Below, in pieces: positions 17,814-25,370 of a DNA stretch of 64,000 nt; the stretch's first letter is position 1, and the number at the start of each line of letters is the position of its first letter. The stretch spans positions 4,896 through 68,895 of the forward strand of contig VGTJ01000004.1 in the NCBI GenBank assembly GCA_016874775.1, given 5' to 3'. Under the pieces are notes generated by a model. The model did no database searches, was not told the DNA's origin, and saw only the letters and a list, made by a program, of their open reading frames with translations. Origin of the DNA: Deltaproteobacteria bacterium. Its GTDB lineage: Bacteria > Desulfobacterota > Binatia > Bin18. The translations under genes and the position numbers were made by a program.

Positions 17814-18233
17814 ATGCCACACCCATGTACTCTGGCCGAAGTCGCTCGTCGCCGTAATGCTGGAGAAGACTTCAGTTTCCTGTTGCGTGAGTTCCTCGAC
17901 GAGTTTTACGGAGCGTTACAGCAAGGCGGTGATGCAGCTGCTTGTCTTGTCGACGACCCGCCAGAGGTATCAGATAGCAGAGAACACGCCTCGCTTGGAG
18001 CAATTGGTGAGCATCTCGCTCGTCGGTGGAACTTGCCGATTCCATCGTGGACAGAACAGCCCGCACGATTTCTGCGTCGTCCCTACTTCACAACGACCAT
18101 CGAAGGGTTCAAAGCACTACTCTTGGCCGAAAGCCCGATCGCATTTCGGCGGCGATTAATTTTCACTGAGACAGAACCCTTGCCTCGCGCGCGGATGCCA
18201 AAGGATCCTCGTACTAGTAGTCAGTCACACTGA
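17814..18233 (+). CDS. Hypothetical protein
   Basis: ATG behind GAGGAAG. The 139-aa sequence begins MPHPCTLAEVARRRNAGEDFSFLLREFLDEFY. No family recognised. Confidence 0.5.
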   Translation: MPHPCTLAEVARRRNAGEDFSFLLREFLDEFYGALQQGGDAAACLVDDPPEVSDSREHASLGAIGEHLARRWNLPIPSWTEQPARFLRRPYFTTTIEGFKALLLAESPIAFRRRLIFTETEPLPRARMPKDPRTSSQSH

Positions 18234-18249
18234 ATTTGAGGGTCGATTT

Positions 18250-18337
18250 CGTCATGCCCGCGCAGGCGGACATCCAGGATCTTCAAGCAGGGGCCGCGAC
18301 TTAACCTCCCTGGATTCCCGCTTTCGCGGGAATGACG
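18250..18337. repeat. Inverted pair of REP-type palindromes (CGTCAT.CCCGCG.AGCGG.CATCCAGG)
   Basis: cgtcatgcccgcgcaggcggacatccagg (18250-18278) faces cctggattcccgctttcgcgggaatgacg (18309-18337). Confidence 0.85.
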
Positions 18338-18517
18338 CCACTACGTTTACCCCTCAGAATCAGCATGACTGACTACTAGTCCCCCTTCTTCTTCGGCTCA
18401 CTAGCGAGTGCTTCCTTGCCTCTGGCGCTTCGTAATGACACGCACGCACGCTACTGTTTGTCAGAGTTTGGAACCCGTGTTTGAACGATATTCACAAACT
18501 TTCTGTGACTGACTTCT

Positions 18518-19528
18518 TTAGGGCCGCAATAACCGTTCCGTCTGCGCCTGAGCATCTTGATACTCCTGCCACGTCTGCTCAATAAGAGCAGTAGCCCTTT
18601 GAACCTGAGTGACGCCTGAGACCGAATGGCCAGCGCTCCAGATGTCTTTATAGCGACGTGGACCGGGACGTAACGCTTCGTGACTAAAGTTCTTTGCTGC
18701 TTCCTCAGCAGACGCGCGTGCGGGGAGAGTGGCTGGATCGAGCCCCGCAGCAATGATCGATGGCTTGAGCATGTTGGTATCCAGGCCGGTAAACGCTTGT
18801 GTCAACAAAACATCATCCATGCTCGATGCGACGAGCATTTGCTTATACTCGGAGACTGCAAGACTTTCCTCTGTCGCAATGAACTTTGTCCCCATGTACG
18901 CCAAATCACAGCCCATCACTTCTGCTGCCCATAGCGCATACCCATCTGAGATGCCACCAGCGAGAATAATCGGGCCGTTATACGTCTGACGCACAGCGCG
19001 CACGAAGGCGAGGGGATTCATCCAGCCGGTTTGGCCACCTGCACCGGCGGTGAGGAGCACAAGGCCATCGACTCCTGCGGCAAGCGCTTTCTCAGCATGT
19101 CGTAAGGTCGCAACATCGGCAAATACCAGGCAGCCGATGTCATGCAACGGACTGATCACCTCTGCAGGTGACCCAACACTGGTAATCACCATCTCAATAC
19201 GATGCTGAACTAAACAAGCGAGTTCAGCTTTCATTTCTGTCCGTTTGATAATCAGGTTAGGGCAGAATGGTGCTGGTGGTTGTTCAGGATGCGTTTCAGC
19301 CGCAGTGTGGAGCGCAGACTCGATTTGCTGCAACCATGCTTGTAGCCCTTCAATTGTGCGAGCGTTGGCGACGGGAAACGCGCCGGTCACGCCACTTGTA
19401 CATGCCGCGATCACTAAGTCTGGTCCTGATACGGACAACATCGGCGCAGCGATTAACGGTAGCCGTAAACGGCTTGTGATATTGTTGGGGAGGCGAGTTG
19501 TTAGCATGAAGAATTCGGGACAATACAC
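18518..19528 (-). CDS. Nitronate monooxygenase (NMO/2-nitropropane dioxygenase family)
   Basis: PLIAAPM near the N-terminus, an FMN-binding GAGGQTG-like block (TAGAGGQTGW) and ILAGGI. The start may instead be at 19507. Confidence 0.8.
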   Translation of the reverse strand: MYCPEFFMLTTRLPNNITSRLRLPLIAAPMLSVSGPDLVIAACTSGVTGAFPVANARTIEGLQAWLQQIESALHTAAETHPEQPPAPFCPNLIIKRTEMKAELACLVQHRIEMVITSVGSPAEVISPLHDIGCLVFADVATLRHAEKALAAGVDGLVLLTAGAGGQTGWMNPLAFVRAVRQTYNGPIILAGGISDGYALWAAEVMGCDLAYMGTKFIATEESLAVSEYKQMLVASSMDDVLLTQAFTGLDTNMLKPSIIAAGLDPATLPARASAEEAAKNFSHEALRPGPRRYKDIWSAGHSVSGVTQVQRATALIEQTWQEYQDAQAQTERLLRP

Positions 19529-19567
19529 TCAAGTTGCTAGGGAATCCCGATCGCGAGGAGGGCCTCC

Positions 19568-20548
19568 CTATGGTCGATACAGCACACCTTTAACGGCATT
19601 GATCACTTTCTCGACATTAGGAAACACTAACTGTTCGAGGTTCTTAGCGTACGGCATGGGCACGTCTTCACCTGTTACTCGTGTGACTGGTGCATCGAGG
19701 TAATCAAACGCTCCGGTCATGATGCGATGTGAAATTTCAGCTCCTGCCCCAGCAAAGGGCCAGCCTTCTTCGACGATCACACAGCGACTGGTTTTCTTCA
19801 CTGAGCGGAGAATGAGTGTTTCATCGAGTGGGCGGATCGTGCGTGGGTCGATGATTTCGACTTCGACGCCTGATTTCGCCAGTTCAGCCGCCGCATCTAG
19901 TGCGACTTGCACCATCTTCGACCACGCGACGATCGTCACATCTTTGCCTTCGCGCTTGACGTCGCCTTTGCCGAGCGGGATGGTGTACTCTTCTTCCGGC
20001 ACCTGGCCTTTACGACCATAGAGTAACTCGCCTTCAATGAAAACGATTGGGTTCTCATCGCGAATGGCGGTTTTGAGGAGTCCCTTGGCATCGTACGGTG
20101 TAGCCGGTGCGACAACTTTCAAACCCGGAACGTATGCGTACAAGCTCTCCACTGCTTGTGAGTGTTGCGCGGCAAGCTGGTGCGCCGCACCGCCGGGGCC
20201 ACGGAAGACGATCGGCAACGAAAGTTGCCCGCCTGACATATAGCGTAACTTAGCCGCGTTATTGACGAGTTGATCATAAGCACACAACGAGAAGTTCCAG
20301 GTCATGAACTCAATGATCGGGCGCAAACCAACCATCGCTGCCCCAATACCGATGCCAGCAAAACCAGTCTCGGCAATCGGTGTATCCACGACGCGACGCT
20401 CACCGAAACGATCGAGCATACCTTCCGAAACTTTGTACGCGCCGTTGTAATGGCCGACCTCTTCACCCATCAAAAACACGCGCTCGTCGCGCTCCATTTC
20501 CTCACTCATGGCTTCACGAAGGGCTTCACGGTAGGTTATCTCTCGCAT
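19568..20548 (-). CDS. pdhB: 2-oxoacid (pyruvate-type) dehydrogenase E1 component, beta subunit
   Basis: REALREAM.EEM.RD..VFLMGEEV, DTPI.E.GF.G and the C-terminal transketolase-C module. Confidence 0.85.
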   Translation of the reverse strand: MREITYREALREAMSEEMERDERVFLMGEEVGHYNGAYKVSEGMLDRFGERRVVDTPIAETGFAGIGIGAAMVGLRPIIEFMTWNFSLCAYDQLVNNAAKLRYMSGGQLSLPIVFRGPGGAAHQLAAQHSQAVESLYAYVPGLKVVAPATPYDAKGLLKTAIRDENPIVFIEGELLYGRKGQVPEEEYTIPLGKGDVKREGKDVTIVAWSKMVQVALDAAAELAKSGVEVEIIDPRTIRPLDETLILRSVKKTSRCVIVEEGWPFAGAGAEISHRIMTGAFDYLDAPVTRVTGEDVPMPYAKNLEQLVFPNVEKVINAVKGVLYRP

Positions 20549-20568
20549 AGTAGTATCCTATGGAAAAT

Positions 20569-20656
20569 AGTAGTCAGTAGTCAGTAGTCAGTAGGAGAAT
20601 CCTTGACCTGAGACCTGAGTCTCTCCTCTCAATCCACAATCTACAATCCGCAATCG
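20569..20656. repeat. Tandem heptamers (AGTAGTC x3.5; CAATCCN x4) between E1 beta and E1 alpha
   Basis: agtagtcagtagtcagtagtcagtagg ... caatccacaatctacaatccgcaatcg. Confidence 0.85.
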
Positions 20657-21670
20657 TTACGCTCGTGCCCGCCGTGGTAGCGGAACGACTTTCTCCGACT
20701 CGCCTGCGTGTGGTGTTTCGGTGTAGACGTCATCGAACAGTGTCGCTGGATCAGGAACTGGAGATTCATCAGCAAACTTTACCGCAGCGGCTACGTCTTG
20801 TTTGGCTTGCTCGTCGATGGCTTTAAGCTGGGCTTCGTTAGCGATGCCCAACTCATAGATCCGATCAGCGAGGATGCGAATCGGATCTCGTTTCATCCAC
20901 TCTTCGACTTCTTCTTTGGTACGATACTTGGCTGGGTCGGACATCGAATGGCCACGGAAACGATAGGTCTTGGCTTCGACGAGGATCGGGAGACTCTCGG
21001 CTCGCGCGCGCTTTGCTGCACGACGAACAACATCACGAACTTCCAGGACATCGTCTCCGTTCACAATCTCTTGCGCCATCGGATAGCCTTTGGCGCGGAC
21101 AGCAATGTCTTCAACTGCCAGCGTACGATACAACGGCGTGCCCATTGAATAGAGGTTGTTCTCGCAGATGAAAATCACTGGCAGTTTCCACAGTGACGCA
21201 AGCGCCATCCCTTCGTGAAACGCTCCCATGTTGGCGGTGCCTTCACCAAAGAAACACAACGTTACATCGGGCTCCCCGCGATACTTCGACGCGAAAGCAA
21301 TACCTGCAGCAATTGGTACATGACCACCAACGATGGCATGGCCACCCATGAAGCGCTTGCTGGTATCGAAAAAGTGCATTGACCCGCCCCGACCTTTTGC
21401 GCAACCGGTTGCCTTAGCGAACAGCTCAGCCATTGCTGCATTCATATCGCCGACGCGTGCCAGGTAATGGGCATGTTCACGATACGTGGCAAGGATATAG
21501 TCGGTTGGTTCGACTGCAGAGATTGCGCCAACGGCGACCGCTTCTTCGCCGTTATACAGATGGAGGAACCCACCGATCTTACCGCGCGTGTATTGCCGCG
21601 CGCATTCTTCCTCAAAGCGGCGAATGCGAATCATGTCACGATACAACGAAATCATTAAGTCTCTGTCCAT
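20657..21670 (-). CDS. pdhA: 2-oxoacid (pyruvate-type) dehydrogenase E1 component, alpha subunit
   Basis: The start is set at MDRDLMISLYRDMIRIRRFEE behind AGGAG. TPP motif region GEGTANMGAFHE. The listed 357-aa ORF is extended through the repeat at 21688-21722. Confidence 0.85.
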   Translation of the reverse strand: MDRDLMISLYRDMIRIRRFEEECARQYTRGKIGGFLHLYNGEEAVAVGAISAVEPTDYILATYREHAHYLARVGDMNAAMAELFAKATGCAKGRGGSMHFFDTSKRFMGGHAIVGGHVPIAAGIAFASKYRGEPDVTLCFFGEGTANMGAFHEGMALASLWKLPVIFICENNLYSMGTPLYRTLAVEDIAVRAKGYPMAQEIVNGDDVLEVRDVVRRAAKRARAESLPILVEAKTYRFRGHSMSDPAKYRTKEEVEEWMKRDPIRILADRIYELGIANEAQLKAIDEQAKQDVAAAVKFADESPVPDPATLFDDVYTETPHAGESEKVVPLPRRARA

Positions 21671-21687
21671 TTTTACTCCTATACGGA

Positions 21688-21790
21688 GAATGAAAAATGT
21701 AGAATGAAAAATGAAAAATGAGAAAAACAAAGAGGGAAACTTGTTCCCATCTTTGATAATTTTTCATTCTACATTTTTAATTTTTCATTC
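21688..21790. repeat. Long AT-rich imperfect hairpin (GAATGAAAAAT-type arrays)
   Basis: gaaaaatgtagaatgaaaaat (arm 1) is complementary to atttttcattctacattttt (arm 2). A central mini-hairpin reads gggaaacttgttccc. Confidence 0.85.
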
Positions 21791-21794
21791 TTCT

Positions 21795-22988
21795 TCATCG
21801 CCCTTTCGGCATCCTCAAAACACGTTCCGCAATGATATTGCGCTGTATCTCTGACGTACCGGCTTCGATGGTATTCGCACGCGAGCGCATGAAGTGATGC
21901 TGCCAGCGTCCGCCTTCGACTGCCCACGGCGATTCTCGTGTCAGTTGATTGTATGGGCCTTCCAGCATCATTGCGGTTTCTTGCATACGTTGATTGAGTT
22001 CACTCCACCACAGTTTAAGAATCGACCCTTCTGGTCCCGGTGTTCCACCACGCAACAACCGGGTAAAATTACGATAGCAGCTATATTTCAAAATCTCGAC
22101 ATCAATGAGATGCTGCGCTAGCTGCTGACGGACTACGGGGTCTCTCGTTGCCTCGCGACCATTCACCGACGACTGCTTCGCCAGCCCGACCAGATTCTCA
22201 TAGAGAATGCGAAACCGAGCCTGCGTACCAAACGACGCCGTACCACGTTCGTTCATCAACGTGGTCAATGCAACACCCCAGCCATTGTTCAGCTCGCCGA
22301 CTAAATTGGCCCGCGGTACTCGGACGTCTTCAAAGAAAATCTCGTTGAACTCGGACTCACCGGTCATTTGCCGCAATGGGCGTACGGTAATGCCTGGGCT
22401 TTTCGTATCGACAAGAATATACGAAATGCCACGATGCTTGGGCGCGTCAGGATCAGTACGAACCAGCAACATGCACCAATCGGCGACATGCGCCAGCGTG
22501 GTCCACACTTTTTGTCCGTTGACGATAAACTCATCCCCATGTAGTTCCGCTTTGGTGCGAATCGAAGCGACATCAGAGCCAGAGCCTGGTTCGGAGAAGC
22601 CTTGGCACCAGATTTCGTCACAGTTAAGGATTTTTTGCAGGTGGCGCTTTTTCTGTTCTTCTGTGCCATGCACGATGATCGTTGGTCCAGCCATGCTGAG
22701 CCCCAGCACGTTGAGCGGGCCTGGTGCTTCTACTTTGGCCATCTCTTCGTTGAAGATGGCCATTTCGATCATCGACGCGCCACGGCCGCCGTACTCTTTC
22801 GGCCAGGACAAGCCGACATAGCCGCCATCGTACATCTTGCGTTGCCAGTCGCGTAGAAACGCCAGCCGCCCTTCGCCCTTTGGTGCTTTGTATGAGGGTG
22901 TTCCCCAACCTTCGGGGAGATTGGTTTTCAACCACTGACGCAGTTCTTGACGGAATTGTTCTTCTTCGGGTGAGAACGAAAAGTCCAT
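21795..22988 (-). CDS. Acyl-CoA dehydrogenase
   Basis: MDFSFSPEEEQFR N-terminus, the GFSEPGSGSD block, and a C-terminus IEAGTSEIQRNIIA typical of ACADs. Confidence 0.85.
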   Translation of the reverse strand: MDFSFSPEEEQFRQELRQWLKTNLPEGWGTPSYKAPKGEGRLAFLRDWQRKMYDGGYVGLSWPKEYGGRGASMIEMAIFNEEMAKVEAPGPLNVLGLSMAGPTIIVHGTEEQKKRHLQKILNCDEIWCQGFSEPGSGSDVASIRTKAELHGDEFIVNGQKVWTTLAHVADWCMLLVRTDPDAPKHRGISYILVDTKSPGITVRPLRQMTGESEFNEIFFEDVRVPRANLVGELNNGWGVALTTLMNERGTASFGTQARFRILYENLVGLAKQSSVNGREATRDPVVRQQLAQHLIDVEILKYSCYRNFTRLLRGGTPGPEGSILKLWWSELNQRMQETAMMLEGPYNQLTRESPWAVEGGRWQHHFMRSRANTIEAGTSEIQRNIIAERVLRMPKGR

Positions 22989-23047
22989 GCGACCCCCTTT
23001 TTCTGTTTTAGTGCCTAAGGGAGGGGAAATACAAGCGGTCGAGTGAA

Positions 23048-23132
23048 CAACTCTAGAAACGGAGAATCGGGGATTTTGACGTTCTTTTTCTCTCCGACTC
23101 TCCCCGTCTCCGATTCTCCGTTTCTAGAGTTG
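23048..23132. repeat. Long hairpin (GAATCGG family) directly after the recN stop
   Basis: caactctagaaacggagaatcgg is mirrored by ccgattctccgtttctagagttg, giving 23 nt of perfect complementarity. It ends 1 nt from the recN stop codon. Confidence 0.9.
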
Positions 23133-24848
23133 TCATCCCCGCCGTGCTCCCTCCAACATTTCTTTCGCATGCCGCCGGGCTTCAGCGCTAATTTCGACGC
23201 CACCAAGCATGCGGGAAATTTCTTGTAACTGCTCACTTTGGGTCAGCTTTTTTGTTGACGATGTGGTCCGTCCACGAGTCGTGGCTTTGACGACGGTATA
23301 GGCATGGTCGGCGAAGGCAGCAATCTGCGGCAGATGAGTGATACATAACACCTGACGCTGTTTGGCGAGACTTTTGAGGCGACGACCGACAACTTCGGCG
23401 ATGGCACCACCAATGCCAGCATCGACTTCGTCAAAGATCAGGGTCGGTGCTTCTCCTGCAGCCGCGCTCAACGCTTTCAACGCCAGCATCAGGCGCGACA
23501 ATTCGCCGCCAGAGGCGACCTGTACCAACGGACGTAGTGGCTCGCCGACATTGGCAGAGAGGTAAAATTCGACCTGATCACAACCTGTTGCATGCAGACG
23601 TTGACTGCCTCGGTTAAACGGGGTTCCGTTTTGTTCACTATCTTCATCGTCAGACGCTTCCAGAAAGCGCACGCTGAAGGTGGCACCTTTCATGCCGAGT
23701 TTGGCCAACTCCTTTTTCATGTTGGCTTCAAGGGTCTGTGCGGAGGCTCGACGCCGCTGTGAAAGCTCTCGCGCACACGCCCATGCCGCCGTTGCTGCTT
23801 TCTCGATCTCTTGTCGCAATTCACTCAATGTTTCTTCGCCGCCTTCGAGCTGCTGGAGTTCTTTCGTCACTGATTCATACAACGCGAGTGCTGCCTCAAT
23901 ACTGCCACCGTATTTGTGTTTCAGACGCGAGAGCAGAGTCAACCGGGCATCGACTTCTTCTAAGCGATCTGGATTGAGACGAACACGGGCGCCGTATTTG
24001 TGCAGTGCCCGAGCCGCTTCTTCAACTTGTGCAACACTACTCTCGACCAATGCGACAATCTCGTCGAGGCTCGTATCGATACGGGCTAACTCACGCAGTC
24101 GCGTCAGTAACCGCCCCAGACGATCAGTGACCGCTTCTTCTCCACCGACCAGCAGTTCTTCTCCTGCACTCACTCCTTGTGCCAGTTTTTCTGCATTCAC
24201 CAGTAGCAATTTTTCTTGTCGAAGGTTGTCATCCTCCCCGACCTGCAGTTCCGCACGTTTGATTTCTTCAGCCTGGAACCGGAGCAACTCGCGTCGTGCC
24301 TGGGCTGCCTCTTTACCTTGAGTCAACGCCTGCAATCGGGACCACAGTTGGCGCAGTGTAGAATAACGCGCCTCCATATCACGTAATTGCGATACATGAT
24401 TGGCGAAGCCATCGAGCAGCCCTAACGCTGCTTCTGCTTCGAGCAACACTTGTTGTTCATGTTGACCGTAGATATGCATGAGGCGTTCGCCGAGTTGGCG
24501 CAGAACGGCAACCGTTGCGACGGCACCGTTGAGATATACGCGCCCACGCCCATTCTGAGTGATGATGCGCCGTACCAGGAGTTCGTCGTCGTTGGTATAG
24601 CCGCTTTCTTCTACGAGACGAGCGATCCGTTCGTCATCAATGGCAAAGACAGCTTCGACACTCGCTTCTTGCGCTTCATGACGGATGAGGTCGGCGGTTG
24701 CGCGACTACCAACGACGAGTCCCAGCGCTTGCATGAGGAGACTTTTGCCTGCGCCGGTTTCTCCAGTGATGACATTGAAGCCTTCGTCGAACGAAACTTC
24801 GAGATCATCGATCAGTGCGAGGTTTTTGATGTGGAGGTGACGGAGCAT
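23133..24848 (-). CDS. recN: DNA repair protein RecN
   Basis: N-terminus MLRHLHIKNLALIDDLEVSFDEGFNVITGETGAGKS, a long coiled-coil, the C-terminal signature ASGGELSRLMLALK and Walker B LIFDEVDAGIGG. Confidence 0.9.
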   Translation of the reverse strand: MLRHLHIKNLALIDDLEVSFDEGFNVITGETGAGKSLLMQALGLVVGSRATADLIRHEAQEASVEAVFAIDDERIARLVEESGYTNDDELLVRRIITQNGRGRVYLNGAVATVAVLRQLGERLMHIYGQHEQQVLLEAEAALGLLDGFANHVSQLRDMEARYSTLRQLWSRLQALTQGKEAAQARRELLRFQAEEIKRAELQVGEDDNLRQEKLLLVNAEKLAQGVSAGEELLVGGEEAVTDRLGRLLTRLRELARIDTSLDEIVALVESSVAQVEEAARALHKYGARVRLNPDRLEEVDARLTLLSRLKHKYGGSIEAALALYESVTKELQQLEGGEETLSELRQEIEKAATAAWACARELSQRRRASAQTLEANMKKELAKLGMKGATFSVRFLEASDDEDSEQNGTPFNRGSQRLHATGCDQVEFYLSANVGEPLRPLVQVASGGELSRLMLALKALSAAAGEAPTLIFDEVDAGIGGAIAEVVGRRLKSLAKQRQVLCITHLPQIAAFADHAYTVVKATTRGRTTSSTKKLTQSEQLQEISRMLGGVEISAEARRHAKEMLEGARRG

Positions 24849-24901
24849 AGAAACCGCAACTATAGAAACGTGACAATGAAATGTGGTGCCAGACGTACAG
24901 G

Positions 24902-25018
24902 TTCCTTCCCCCAGTCATGGGGGAAGGTCAGGAAGGGGGTGACGACAGAGGCAGCAAAATACTGATCTACGCCTTCGACCCCCATCCTAGCCTTCCCTCT
25001 TAACAGGGGGAAGGAACT
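24902..25018. repeat. Two direct copies of a CCTTCCC(C/T)C-N6-GGGGGAAGG hairpin
   Basis: ccttcccccagtcatgggggaagg (24904-24927) and ccttccctcttaacagggggaagg (24991-25014). Confidence 0.85.
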
Positions 25019-25032
25019 CTACATTGGAATCC

Positions 25033-25290
25033 TCATCTGGGTGCGTTTTCTCTAGAGTGTTGGCGTCGTTCAACGCGGCAAACAGATCTCTGAAGTCGGG
25101 GTTCACTGCCATCCTTCCCTCGCCACGCCTGCATTTCTACTACCATGTCCCAGACCAGTGCTAGGCGCTCATGCGGGGAAACAGTCCGCCAGAATTCTCT
25201 ATCGCAATCACCGTCATCTTGATGCAAGCGGATGACACGGGTCATTCCTTGCTGACGCTGTAATCGCCTATCCATGTCGGTATTCCTCAT
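25033..25290 (-). CDS. Hypothetical small protein
   Basis: An 85-aa ORF (REFWRTVSPHERLALVWDMV ... RLQRSVCRVERR) with no convincing RBS. It may be a gene remnant. Confidence 0.3.
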   Translation of the reverse strand: MRNTDMDRRLQRQQGMTRVIRLHQDDGDCDREFWRTVSPHERLALVWDMVVEMQAWRGKDGSEPRLQRSVCRVERRQHSRENAPR

Positions 25291-25370
25291 GATTCCTGGC
25301 TATTGTACTCTTTCTTCCCAGTTCTCCAATCCTCATTGCTTTTTCTCCTTTCCTGGGCTTCCCTTCCTTT

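Noticed and set aside
20569-20656. Whether the short tandem arrays could be CRISPR arrays.
   Set aside because: The units are only about 7 nt and directly abut one another with no 25-40 nt unique spacers. No cas genes are present.
19568-21670. PDH-type E1 alpha/beta genes without adjacent E2/E3 genes, considered as a possible unusual system.
   Set aside because: Split or orphan E1 pairs (acetoin or branched-chain type) are common. The E2/E3 genes may be elsewhere. Nothing in the sequence marks it as atypical apart from the repeat block between the two genes.
24849-24870. A possible SOS or DNA-damage operator. AGAAAC-N9-AGAAAC abuts the recN start codon, and an 8+8 palindrome TGTTTCTG-N8-CAGAAACA lies at 40680..40703 in the rpiA/nurA divergent promoter. 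The two share the GTTTCT half-site.
   Set aside because: A 6-mer half-site and an 8-bp palindrome with free spacing are each expected several times by chance in 64 kb. The motif matches no LexA-box consensus that I know. It would need genome-wide motif enrichment upstream of repair genes (lexA, recA, uvrA) to be taken seriously.
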